From positions 185,998 to 249,997 of the forward strand of contig NMRA01000607.1 of assembly GCA_002633005.1 (NCBI GenBank): a DNA stretch of 64,000 nt. The letters are read 5' to 3'. This DNA comes from Phoronis australis. Its lineage: Eukaryota > Animalia > Phoronida. Under the pieces are notes generated by a model. It worked only from the letters and a program-made list of their open reading frames with translations. It had not been told where the DNA came from and searched no databases. Every line of letters starts with the position of its first letter. Position 1 is the stretch's first letter. Shown piece after piece: positions 1-13,486 of this stretch. Both the position numbers and the translations under genes were made by a program.

Positions 1-784
1 TGTACATATACTTTTAGCTCCAGAAACCTTGGGTGAGATATGCGAAAATTGCCACAGCGATTAAATTACTAAACATAACTTTGTTTTGGTAGAAATCAGA
101 GGTTTTCAGCAAACATGGCTGTGTTTAGTTTATTCTACTGAGACGGAACGTAAAATAATGACTGAGAACAAATCCGAAATTCTACAAACATGATGTCACT
201 GAAAGTTCAGGCAAAATGCAATGCTTTCAAAAGCAGCAAAGAACACATATTTGGATGAGGCGAATTCAGTCTTTTTCTAGCATGCGTTTATTTGGCTGAG
301 GCGTTAAGCAACCTCGTGTACTTTCAAACGCTTGGGTTTAATTACATTGCCAAAGTTCTACTGGATACTCTTTGTACACGATATGTAAACTATATGAACA
401 CGTGTTCAGTGACATGACAACGAGTCGCATCACGGTTGAGGTGGATGATATTTTAGATCGCACATTACAACAGGAGTATTACTGGTACATTTCATCTAGC
501 ACAAAAGTTCAGATTGCTGTAATCGTAGATTTAGTTGAAACTACATGACTGCAGACTCCCGCCCTTTACAGTGCAGCACTGTGCGATACCAAAGCCACGA
601 ATATACAGGTGTAATATCACGTTCCCAGCTACGTTTGATACAAGATGGAACATATCAGGAAATATCGCTGTTACGTGATATTCACGTCTACAGACGCAAC
701 ACGCTTCGTGCTATTTTAAGGTTATATACAGTACGCAGGACCTCATCGACAAAATTGTGCGTTTAGCCAAATACATGTATCTGT

Positions 785-1500
785 AAAAGTGTTTATCCCA
801 CGCGCGTTGAATCTGTCGAGGGAAATATGGCCATGAAATAAAGCTTTCCGTATTCATCTCCCGCACTACTATAACAGCGACCTCTGACATGGAAAGTTCA
901 AAAGGTAGGTCAATATCGACTCGACGACTTCTGAGCTGGTTCGATATCAAGCTTTTCGAATATAGTTTAACGTAACACAGTTGCAACAGTGTAACTAACA
1001 CTCGATATGCAACCAGGTCCTAAACGTAAAACCTGGAAAGAAACTGTTAATTATAAGACACTTATGTCTCAGTTTTCAATTGCTGAATAGTATATCGTCT
1101 GCAACTCAGGCACCGATTCCTAGAAAATTAAAATATCAAATATTGTCGTTTTTTAACTATTTCCAGGAGATATTACAAGTTCACTGTTTAGTTGCCGTTG
1201 TTTTCATCTTTGCTACCTCTTTTCAAGAAATGCACTGTTTCATTTACAAGAGAGAACTTGAAACTTAACGCGCAAGTACATACATATAGGATGTGATCCG
1301 CATTGTGAACAGTCTGGATGAAGTATTTGAAAAATCTGCCGAAAAAAGCAAGAAACTTAGGGATTCGAAGCGCATGGGATAAATACAAAACGTACCTCGA
1401 GACATTATTCCGCGTATAGACCGAGACCGAAGGTCGAGGTCGATACGCGGAATAAGGTCGAGTGGGATATTACTTCATGTACGCCGCTCTCGGTACGTTT
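785..1500 (+). repeat. Dispersed repeat copy 1 with terminal hairpin
   Basis: 785-1400 is the reverse-complement homologue of about 41450-42020. Hairpin at 1397-1461 centred on GACC-GAA-GGTC. Confidence 0.75.
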
Positions 1501-2059
1501 TGTGTATATATTCTGTGAAAGAAGGGAGCAGGTAGTCTGAAGTTAACTTTTATCAAACTGCCATTAGTTGGGTGACAATGCCTCTTTAATAAAATTTAGC
1601 GATAAAGAACGTTGCATTGATAGCAAAACAAGTTGGAATCAATAACATGATCACATTACGTGTGATATATAAGTGTTCAAGATGAAATCGCGAAAACGGT
1701 GCTGCAGTTTTTTGAATTATAATTTCGTTTACGCTTTACGCAAAAGTTGAGGTTTTGCATGGAAATTTTAAAATTCCCTATTATTAGTAGCCCCTGATCG
1801 AAAAGTGGAACATTTTAAAAACAATATCTCATCGCGTGGTGAAGAGCAGTGCTTGACACATTTGAGAGTTTGATGCGAATTCGACAAGACGTTTCTGTGT
1901 TATGATATTCCGAAACTAGCCAAATTTGGATATTTGTGTAGGGTCCTACTTAACCCCCAGACTTCAACACTTTAGATTGAAATAAGTTATTCTACCCATG
2001 ATCAGACCGTGATATCTGGAAATCATTTTTCTTTTCCAAGTCCGGACAATGTCTAATGA

Positions 2060-2155
2060 CCACCTGTTTGCACGGTTAAGAGGTCCCGGGTTCGAGCCCA
2101 GGTTGGGGGCTGAGATTTTTTCAGATTAGCGTGATGTGGCGACACTTTGGCTTGT
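2060..2155 (+). mobile_element. tRNA-derived SINE (5'-truncated)
   Basis: B box GGTTCGAGCCC followed by GGGGGCTGAGATTTTTTCAG...TGATGTGGC. Confidence 0.6.
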
Positions 2156-3113
2156 CAAGGCAATTTACGTTGTGCGACGAGCATATTGCTCAAATAATAA
2201 AGCAATGTCAGTGAACCAATTGCAGGAATCACTCCACATACGAGTAAGAGAGAAGCTGTATACCGATTTTATAGCAACTAGTGTTCTAAATCTAAATGCC
2301 TATCTCCGTTGAACGCCTGACTAATTATTCTAAGATAATAATGTCTCTCGCTGAGACTTGCGTGATCTCGTCATTTTTTGAAGTGGTCTTGAACGAGCAC
2401 CGAGTAGTGACTTGCTTGAAACTAATGTTAAAGTACGAGTTTTCCAGTGTGTCGCCACCTGTTGTCACTTCTGTGAAAACCACCTCTAAACTAGAAGAAG
2501 AATATGCGTGCGTGTCAATGGAGACAACGATCTACAACCAGATCTAGCTCGTTGATGGCTATAAACATGTAGATAAGTACTACAGCGTGTGCGGACACAA
2601 ATGATTGAAATAACATTAGCTACACGCAACTAAACATTATTTCAGTTCTTTCAAAAAACAAAGACAATATCAAGCTAGTTGCGTCAACCAAGTGTTTTGA
2701 AATGCGAGAGCAAAACGATTACTGCAGCTGTTGAAAACTTTTGATCGACTGGCATTGAGCATCACTAATGGCATTCAACAAGTGAAGATAAGGTAGGCAA
2801 CATGAATGTCTGGTGCCATGATTCACATACATCCACACCACACCTCCTGAAGATTAAACTATGTAGATTACAGTTGCACAACCTCGGTGTTTAGTTGTTA
2901 TAAAACAAAAAACCGAATTAAATAACTTAAACTAATATAATCGGCTTCATAATCGTGCTTACCTTGAAAGGACAAGTTTTTCATAACAAAAAAAATGTTA
3001 AACCCCAAAGCGCTTCTGTTGAGAATTCAACGACGAAATGCCTCTTTAAGAAAAGTAGTTTGCCACAGAGTTGCTATACTATTCTACTAGATCACACTGA
3101 GAGTGCGTTCCAT

Positions 3114-3190
3114 GGGGACAAAATCTCGGGGATTTCCCAAAGATCCTCCGTTTCCCTGGAGTTATTTTTCTTCCACAAAAAGTCCCCAGG
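3114..3190. promoter_or_regulatory. Cluster of NF-kappaB-like sites
   Basis: GGGGATTTCCC at 3128-3138 (consensus match), AAAAGTCCCC at 3178-3187 and GGGGACAAAA from 3114. A minus-strand AG|GTAAG donor lies at about 2962. Confidence 0.4.
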
Positions 3191-4719
3191 AAACTCTTTG
3201 GAAAACATGGAGGTATTCTTTAGTGAACTAATATTGCTCACAACAGCGTCTTCGATCGGAAGTGGTCCTTAAAAAGTACTTTTAGAGTGCGGATGAAGGA
3301 GTGATGGCTTAACATGCGGCGGTTTTTAATGTGCCCGAGTTTTAATTTTGGTTTACAATGGAAATACCAGACAGGTTTCACCTATCGGCAGTCAGGCTGT
3401 TGAAAGGGTAAACCGACAATGCCTTCGATGGTAATTAGTCATCGATAAATTAGAAAATATTGAACGGTCCGTTTAAGGACAAAGTTTGAGAAATTATTGG
3501 CTTTGTGCCACATTTTACATACGTGTAACTTGGCCTCGTACAAGAAATGCACAACAACCCAAAATTATAGCCATGATTTTTCTGCCGTTGTCTCCAAAAA
3601 AGCCTTCACGGTGTCACGGTGGGACACCTTCATAAATACCCGTTACTCGTGATAATGCATTAATTAAGGCCAAGCCAGATACCGTCACGCGTTAGAAAGG
3701 AAGCACGTGATTACACGTGATACCAGCAAGTGACTTGGATCTATGGTTACGCAATCTGGTTCTCAAAGGCCTGATTTTGTGGGCCCTGTAAAGCGGACCA
3801 CATAAATAGCGAGTAAAGACTTCTAAGCATTTAAATTGTTTTCCCTTAAATATTGAGTTTTTAAGAAACTGCTTCAACGCAGTTGGGAACGTCTAAAGTT
3901 TTGTATTACACAAATGGAGCTCATTCAATTACACTGTAACCGCGTGATAAAAATTGTATATTAATATGCTATGAGCGATTAAAAATGCAGCTCTGTTTTG
4001 CCGGAGTGACCTCGCCGTGTAAATCGATTTTCAGTAACAAGCACATTTACCACGCTTGCTGGCATAACAACTATAAATGTTGGTACGACGCCAAATGGTA
4101 CAGGTAGATGAACTACACAGGTATGCTAAAAAATGTTTCAATTGACTTGCTATGCGTATCTGATTAATACATACAGTGTACGTACAGGCTGCATGTGTCG
4201 AAATATCGTAGAAAATGCCACAGTGGTACTAAACTCACATTACTTACCATAGTCGTTTGTCTTGAAATACTTTAAAAATGTGTTCGTCAACAGTCCATAA
4301 TTCTCACACGTATGTGATCTTTCAACGCCTTGTGTGCCTTGTGTAACTGTGCATAAAATAAACACGACGTGAAAGAATAGGAAGCCGGGATTGCGTTGCT
4401 ACGCAACTATCCAGAACCAACAAGGATTGTGTTTCTTATCCCAACAGGGGCTTGAGTTCCGTAGACAGCGAGAAGCTCGCGGAAGCGCAAGAACACGCAA
4501 GACTTCACGAGATTTCGCCACGTATTACAAGTAAAGCAAGTGAACACACTACCTTCACTAGCGAGATTTTAACGTCTACGAAACTGTACCCCGCTGTCAG
4601 AATGTGTTTTGCAGGGGAGAAAATATTCCTCCGTTACGGAACGCAAGAATGTTCTCATCAACGGCGTTCTGTTTTGATTAACATGCACATATTCTCAGGA
4701 GCTATTTTTTTCAAATGAA

Positions 4720-5095
4720 CTAGAATGTGTTACGACAGGACTGGTCAATAACACCAAGTATTTTTTGATATTACATGGGCGAATCACAAAGTAGGGCAAA
4801 GTAGGAATCCATACATTTCATCGACAGGAAACATTAACACTAAAAACCAATGCCGGAATTCCGTGAAGGTGACAAGGTTCAATATGACATCCAAAGCAGC
4901 AGTATCATGTACGTACTTCCAGTCGGAAGGACATGCAAACAACTTCTTAAACGGACCCATCTTCGGCGGAGAATTCCTTGCCCACGTTCATTCAAACGGA
5001 AACGAACCGCAACTCAGTCAAGAAACCAAGACATGCAGTGAAACTGACAACCTGTGCTGTCTCTACAAGTACATGTAGGTCAATTCAGCGCTTGC
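4720..5095 (+). repeat. Dispersed repeat, copy 1
   Basis: Direct homologue of 48550-48935 (ATGACATCCAAAGCAG.AGTAT.ATGTAC; CTTCTTAAACGGACCCATCTTCGGC). Confidence 0.8.
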
Positions 5096-5370
5096 TCGCG
5101 TGGAAACCCCCCTGATATATAAACATATATTAAGCTTTAATGTTTCAACTTCAAGGAGTATTTGTTAGATTCTAACTTGAACTTTTGATAGGAACGCTGA
5201 ATGCAATTTACAATTGTTAAGTTTAAAGTAAAACTATTAACAAAAAGTAAGTGGGTATACTTTACATTGCTCAATCGTGTTTTCCAAAAGTTGGGTCACG
5301 TGGTTGAACTTTTAAGCCAGGTCGAGTTTTTCGGCAAAATTACCGTTTTTAAGATTCATTTAAGAAAGCA

Positions 5371-5510
5371 AATCCTACACTCGTCTCAGGTTGATGACAT
5401 GGGCAAAATCTCATGGAAATTTCGTCAAATTTCCTCGGCAAATCTTAGGATTTTCGCAACATTTCCAAGAGGATCTGCTCATGTCATAAACCTGAAACTC
5501 GTGTAGGATT
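5371..5510. repeat. Imperfect fold-back (palindromic MITE-like)
   Basis: About 50-bp arms AATCCTACAC...GATGACATGGGCA...GGAAAT and its reverse complement. Confidence 0.75.
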
Positions 5511-8500
5511 CTCTATTTCTCATATGCCGCAATTCAATTCTTACTAAAATAATAACCGCATAGGACCCTAGCTATAGAGTACAGACAGATACATTGTTTT
5601 CAGTCACGGGTTCTGCTATGACAAGTACGAGCGACTTCTGCTTCCGGTCAGTCTTCAAACGACTATCGGTTGGTGAGAAAAGAAATGAAATTCTAAGAGA
5701 TGAATTCCTGTTGATCACAAGTCAGTACATGAATCCTTATCGATTAGTCAAAGTAATTAGGCAAATATCAGCATAACTATATACGTTTTAAAGTTAAAAC
5801 TGAATGGAAGTACATTTTTTTTAAATTAAAAAAACCTGCAAGATTCAATTATCATTTTATATGAACAAGGCATTAACTGGGTCAGGTGACGTCTTGTTAA
5901 TAAAGTTTAGCAAAAAAGATGGAAAATTTGTAGCAAATCAAAGATATCAACACCGTATCCAAATCCCGTTTGATACAACTGTTCAAAATGAAATCTCAAA
6001 AAACGCGGTTACTGTTTTCTAAATAATCACTTTGTTTTCGCTTTATTAAACTTTTTAAGAAAAATCGGAAACGTGCTATATTTGATAACCCCAGCATTTC
6101 CGATAATGATTGCATAAAGTACAATATCTGAGGGTTTCAAAGGAATCCGAAAAGTCATTTATAAGATACATGTATATTGCCCCAAGGTGAGACAAATCTG
6201 GACACTTTTCTAGGGTCTCACGGATTTACTGTGAACGCCGACAATAAGTATATAATTAAAATGACACGGAAATTAATTTTGTGCATTTACAATGTTGCGG
6301 CTAATCGTGGGCATGTATTTTTGCGTGTGTTGGGAGGCGGGACGCAGAAATCACACAAGGAAAATGTTGGCCTGCTCATCATATCCTCTGAATCGGCCAC
6401 TGATGCCCTTGAAAAAAGTAGGAGGGTAAGGTTGTCTCCTCCGGTTCCCACGAAATTTTAAGTCATGCATTTAGTTTGATTACTAGTACTCATGCGCGCA
6501 CCCAGGGAGGGAGGGGGCTCGAATGAGCCCCCATTTGGCGAAGTGGGCAAAAAGGTCCGCCTCAGAGAAACAAAAAGTCCGAGAAAACGAGACAAAAGTC
6601 CACTAAAAAGGCACGAACTACCAAATTTCGGCTAACGCATGATTCACAGCGCTCAACGTACATGTAACTTGTTGAAAGCCCAACACGTTTTAGACTGGAT
6701 GCTCGCACGGTAAAAAAATGGTATCATATCCTTAGAGAATAAACAGCACAGTGTCCCACTTACCAATATGTGTCAACTGTTAATTTGTACCCTTCTGTCT
6801 GAAATGTTTCCTCTTACCAGTGTATTATGAAGAGGAAGAAGTGCCGCCTAGCGGGAGAAGCGTCCGCTTCCTTCACTCAAGGTCTTCCGCTCAAGTCCTG
6901 CAGGGGCACACCGCTGGACCCATGAGTCGGGTTTCAAGCCCCTCGGCTCGGTTTTAATTTTATATTAATAAGTATAAAAATGGTGTCATGTTATCTGTGG
7001 AATGAGTCCACCTGAGCGAACTGCGCGTGTCAAGTGAGTGACGAATCCAAGCAACCATTCTTAAATTTATTGTCATCTATTATGTTTAAATATTGACCTC
7101 TTTCAAAAAAGTTCCTGCTTGTGGCTCCATACCGTCCTGGATATACTCAGACAATTAATTTTAGTTCGTTGGGTGTGCTTATGATGAACATGAACCACAC
7201 TTGATTTCATAGTAAGCTGCATAATTATAATGGATGCACCAATGATAGCAAGGGTCGTGTCACACAATGAGGGCTCTGCTTACGTTCTGAAGACGGTCAA
7301 AAACCCAACGGGATCCACGTAAAAGCTGGAGATACTTGTTATGATCTGAGTAAGAGCCCATTAGATTCGTAATAGACATTGTCGGCCCGTTTCCACCGTC
7401 TCCGCCTAGTTTTGTCTAAAGGTAAAACGGACTTGAAGGAATCAGGATTATATCCATGTTACAGGGACCTAAAGATCAAAATTAAATTATTTAAGTAAGT
7501 AAACGAATTCATTCAAAGCCACGCTATCCCATCGGTCACAGTGCAACGCCTTAGTTGTAGACATGTAAATCAATGGAGCAAATAACCGACCACGTTAACA
7601 GTACTAACAAAAACGGTTACAGACATCCATTTCTACTTGACGACTGAAACTGAGCCTACGTCAAGAATCAGCGACTCCTAACAAAATCACAAAAGCAACG
7701 GATTTGATGTTTTCTGTTCGAAGTTATTCCAAGACGTCTATCTTACACAACAACAATCCTAAAATCGCGTTTTTTTCGCCATAAAACCGATTTTGACTGA
7801 TTGTCTATAAAACAACAAATTTGTTCACCATGTCTTGTAAGTGGATCAAGGGTCACCTTTCCTAAATTTGTTTTTCTGCATGATCGTTAAACCAAATCGA
7901 TAACAAACACATAAATGACTTGGAATGTTTTTTAATACCTTTATGTGGAAAAAGTTCTTTTGTCGAAGAAAACCGATCCCTAATATATCAAGAAATACCA
8001 CAATATTTCGACCATAAGCGAAAATAGTGATTGCTATCACGTAACCGTACACGTACATAACACATGTCCCATTTAGGCGAGACTGTCTCGTTTTTTGAAG
8101 GCTTTCCCCGCGTCCTCCAACATAATCAAAATGCCTTGCTTGATGACACTGCAAAATTGACTACTTATTAATCATTTTCCATTCGATATAGTCCTAATTT
8201 TCCCCTCAGTTGAAAACACAAAACCTCTGTTGGGGCCTTTTTTTCTTTGATGCGACGGACATTTCAGCACGCGTTTTGATATAAGGCCCGGATGTCTCGC
8301 TATTTCAATCAAGATCTCTAACTTAAAATTTTTGGCTATGTAAGATATTTCTTGTGCTCCACTTACTGACTTAGACAAAAAGTTTAACCTTTGAACTTGT
8401 GTAAACCGACGTAGCTCGGCTAAGCTACCAAGTCCCCTTGTCGTATGCTTTATTATTTTATACCATTTCATGATCGCCCGTGACATCCGATCATGCTCAC

Positions 8501-8647
8501 TGCGTTAAAAAACTTTATTATTAAATTAAGAGAGAGACGTGAGATAAAGTAAGAAGCTTTTGAGAAAGGCGATCAAACTCTCTTTAGTTTTTTTATCTTA
8601 TTTTCATCTCAACTTGTGTTTTCCTATTAACTTGAGATGATTTGAAG

Positions 8648-8987
8648 AACGGTATCCAACTATCTAAAACAACATTATGTTGTGAAATCCTTGTCAACCC
8701 TCAAAATTTTGAAATAAATCTTTTCAAACTCCCTGCATAGTCTGTTAAACGGACAAGTGGTAACGGCATCCAACTATCTAAAACAACATTATGTTGTGAA
8801 ACCCTTGTCAACCCTCAAAATTTTGAAATAAATCTTTTCAAACTCCCTGCATAGTCTGCTAAACGGACAAGTGGTAACGGTATCCAACTATCTAAAACAA
8901 AATTATGTTGTGAAACCCTTGTCAACCCTCAAAATTTTGAAATAAATCTTTTCAAACTCCCTGCATAGTCTGCTAAACGGACAAGTG
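8648..8987 (+). repeat. Tandem repeat, 3 x 114 bp
   Basis: Near-identical units start at 8648, 8762 and 8876 (AACGGYATCCAACTATCTAAAACAA...GGACAAGTG). Confidence 0.95.
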
Positions 8988-11900
8988 TGGCGAATTACGC
9001 TTTACGTAAGTGACACGACAGGTGACGATGAGGAAAGACCACCCACCAAGAATCATAACAATCGTTCTGTGGCACAGATGACGTTCTATGAATATTGCAG
9101 ACACACCGAAAGTGACTGTTTGGTGTTCATGACAAGTAATTAGCAAATTGTTTCACAACTGAAAACTCATACCATAAAGTACACTTAGCTAATTGACACA
9201 TGCACTTCGTATCACGAAACGTTTAGATTGATCCTATGGGATTCGATACGTATGTTTCTCGGTTTTAGTGATACGTTTAAAGATGTAGTTGCATGCTCCG
9301 AATTATAATAATATGTAGCAGAAACTAAACGACAATGCTATTTAAACATCATCGACATTAAAACAAAGTAAATTGTATTCACTGACAACTTCAAAATGCA
9401 AAAGCAAAAAATTCTGTAAATCGGTGACCTTTGAACTAATGACGTACCTCGGGGGCACACAGCCCGAATCATGCAGTGTTGTACCCAAAACAACGTCACG
9501 GTAGTTGCTGGACACGGTTGAGTGATTTCAGCGGATGACTTTTGACGCTGACAAAACAATCAACTAACACTTTCACATTTTAATGAATCTATCATGTCAG
9601 TGTATTTTTGGCAGCATTATTTTCAGACAGGGTACTTTTTGAGAGGCGGCCATGTTAATCGGGTACTGTAAACTGTTCACGAGGGGAAGTAGAACAAACT
9701 CCCAATGGTCATGAAAACTACAGAATATGATCATTCGAAGCACAGCAACAACAAGACATGCGAACAAAACAATAAAAATTAATGATACTATCAAAAAAAC
9801 AGTAGTGTCGATAGAAAACGAAAGATAAAAGAACTTGAAGTTCATTAGGCTACTTGGGCATTTTTGGTGGTTTTCTAACAATAAAATACCTGTACTGCTT
9901 CCCAAAATCTAAGAATGGTATTACAGTTGAAGATCGTTACTACATTTAGGAATTCATTTTTATTAACTGTGAACAGTGTACATGTTTGAGGGATTAGTGT
10001 GCCCACTGTGCATGAGCCAGTAATCGTAAACAAAGATTTCTGAGATTTTGAAGCACACATTTGACTTCTAAACCGTGACAACTGAAACGAACAAAAATTC
10101 ACGTTATAACCAACAAATTCTGAAAATATAGGGCAGTCCACCTCTGCTCTCCGGGTACGCCGTCTATTAGCGCACAAGTTTGTACGTGCATCTTATCGGG
10201 AACTGCTTAAAAATTCCATTCTGTGAATTACAAATTCAAAAGTGTTGCAGATGCATCAAAATGCGCGTTGTGCGTGTCTCTAGTGTTAACGTCATGTTGC
10301 CATGCGATTGCCTAACTTGACGGTGTTCTTTTCGTCTGTTAATTAACATACGTTGTTTATGTAGCTAGCAAAATATACTGATTCATAGATAATTTTGCCA
10401 ACTATTAGCTAATCTTGTAAGAAATTGAAGATGCTTCTATGAACATAGACAAAACTAGGTGTATAACCGAGATTTTGTGCCTGTTTTCCTCGTATTTCTC
10501 CGGATTTCGCAGCAGGCAGCACTGTTTCTTTTACACCACCTACAGAACAGTTTCAATGTTACATCTTTTGATAGTACATCATTTGTCACACCAATGAAGT
10601 GAAATTAACAGATTTAAAGATAACACAATAATGTCAACATCATACCCGAAGTGTTTAGCCGCGTAATACGCTCAGGTCTAAACTGTGACCCTTCTCGCTA
10701 AATTAGGTTTGTAACAAAGTTTATGGTGGTCTGTTCATCCTGTAATCAAGCCAAGGGGCAACTTCAGTTCCCTGTAGGGCTAGAAAACGCTCCAAACATT
10801 TGATTTTAAGTTGAAGATTTCTGTTAGAAAAGCATAGCTTCATGGTGTTGCGTGGGGAGATGTGACACTGTAGGCTCCCTCTTCAGTCAATCACAAAAAC
10901 AGAAATTGAAAAGAATACAAAGTCGTATTCGTTAATATGCTGAACAAGGACAAAATTTATTTTACATGAAGGAGAAATCTTCAGCTTTCCCGTTCCAAAA
11001 CAATTTTAATTGAAATTATTAATCGTGAACACTGTTACGAGTTCAACAAACTTTTTCTACAGGAGTGACAGCTGCAAAACTATTTTGATCGATATATCGA
11101 TATCGATTGAAAACACTGCAAGAGGTGCCTTTTTCACCACTTGAAGGCGTTGCTAAGGAACGTAAAATTACGCATTTTCAGACAAGAGACATTTCAACAT
11201 TTATTGAGCACATTTTTTATAAAATTTCGCATACTGTCGTGTTCTACATACCCCGGGGTTTACTTTGAGTTTAGCATTTGACCATAAAATATTGTTGACA
11301 AAAGGAATAAATCAGACACGGAAAGGGCCTACAGTCCATTTTACAAAATGTAACGTTGACGAAAATATTGGAAGCTTATGTGTGGTTATCGTGGTTCACT
11401 TTATGACTTTGAAATAATATAAACCAGTGACATTGGTTGTACACTTAACTGCAAAGGAGTCTAAAATGGAAGAAACTGACTTTGTGAATTCTATACACAT
11501 GTACTTACAGCAACACAGAATTGTAAAATCATAGTTCCCAGTCTCTTCATACTGCTGAAACTCCATCGCGCAGCACACTTTGAAACGGGACACGTGACAC
11601 GGATCGTAACGGGTTGCATAGTAATGATAAATGAAAATTAGTGAAGGCATTGCCAAGTGTGATTATGATAGCGTTCTTCCAAGCGGCCTGCGAGTTGCCC
11701 TGCAACGGTGTCTCCACAAAAAGTTTTTTAAAACGCATCTTCATTTTCTATGTGCCAAAGAGGCAGAACACTGAAAATTATTTAAAGTGACACAAATCCG
11801 CGTGATCAATCACAAAAACCTGTTTTAAATTAAACTTTCCGTAATAAACTAGGTCTCAAATTGTTCTTTTGTCAAATTAGGGGTGATTTCAAGACTTATT

Positions 11901-13486
11901 ATTAATTAAAACTGGATTCCAAAGTTTGGGTTGTCTTGGCGTGTTATTGTACTCGCCGAGTATGCATGGTCTGCAGACGACTACTGGAACGTTGAACGAG
12001 GTAAGCGTCGACAATTTAAGTAACACGTAACCATCAGTCACGTGGTCAGCTACAGGTTGTCCCAAAAGTTTATACACATTACCAATATACTTACCAGCTA
12101 ACTTGTTCTTTTCTTACACTTGCAGTTGCGTGTTGGTTTCCGGTCGTCGAAGGTACGCATCGGCACTATGAGTCCTTTCACATTTATAATGCGCATGCCC
12201 ATATGCACAGACAGTCGACGTGAGCGCACGAGACAGCGTCGAAAACGCGCTTTCTAGTGCTTTGCGGGTGTGTTTCTAGTGGCTCAATTCAACGTTCTTT
12301 ATGGAAACTTTAGAAGACGATTAACTGCTTACGATGACGCCTCTATTACATAATGACATTTTGAGAAACTCTCGTTGAATGCATCAGAGAACACATACAC
12401 CGACGTTAAGCTGAAAACCTCCATTTAGCTGTAACTAGTGTAGCATTTATCTCTGTGATAACTGCTCTTGAATTATAACTTTGCACAGTTAATGCTTCAC
12501 CCATTATTAGTAAAAATAGCTTAGACTTCCCGTCAACCAACGGAAACCTTTAACAATCCACGTCACTTTTAATAATTATTTCCAAGTATTTAGTGATAGA
12601 TGATAACCCTTTTACTTGATGTTTAAACACGTTTTTCCCAAAGCCATAGACTATGAAAATAAGTTTTCTACAAATCTATTTCAACACAAAACAAAAATAG
12701 ATGCTTTAAACTGCTAAAAGCATCGAAAACCGAGAAACTGGAAAGAGGACGATTAGTAATTGGCATGTACTGTACTGTAGACTACAGTAGTTAAAGTCGT
12801 CCCAACTAAAATGCATTTACCTATACAGAATTACTGAACCCACGGTAGTACTGAAAAACAAACTTATCACTTCATACAAGAATTTCACAAGCTGCTCGAT
12901 ATTTATCTAACGTTCAAATGCTCACTAAAAAAAAGACATGTTTCAATCTGTTAATATTGCCTAATTTTAAATTCGTCTTAAGTTTTCAAATTATCCGAAA
13001 CAGCCCGTTACAACTGAAAGCGTAGACCTCTGCAAAACGTGTGTCAGTTAAACGTTAACTGAAATTTTTCAAGAATTGACTGTGTCAGAATAAAAATTGA
13101 TTAAGTAATTATTACTGATAGTTCCCAACACTACAGATATTTTTATACATTGATAATCTCTTGACAATCTTACAGCTTAGAGCGCTGTTGGTAATCTGGC
13201 AGTGTACATGGCAATAGCTGACATGAGCCAATAGTAACCCAACTCTCGCCTCTCACTGTTGCAAGTGGTTTGCATCTCTCGCGCGCTTATCGCATAGTTT
13301 GGGAAAAATGTGAAAGGACTCTATTAGCCTGTCATGCACGTCAGCTCCCATAGTCACACGCAAGTGCACACGCACGCACACACATAAACACACGGGCGCA
13401 CACCCACGCAGGCGCACACATGCACACAAGCATATACGTACATGTAAACACTACATATACGCTACACGCCGTGAACATCACTCCAG

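Noticed and set aside
2085-2110. tRNA gene
   Set aside because: Only the B-box/T-arm is present, with no cloverleaf; a SINE-like body follows.
4850-5078. Small ORF with a similar ORF at 48644-48853 as a gene family
   Set aside because: Similarity extends equally into non-coding flanks, and starts and stops differ; better explained as a dispersed repeat.
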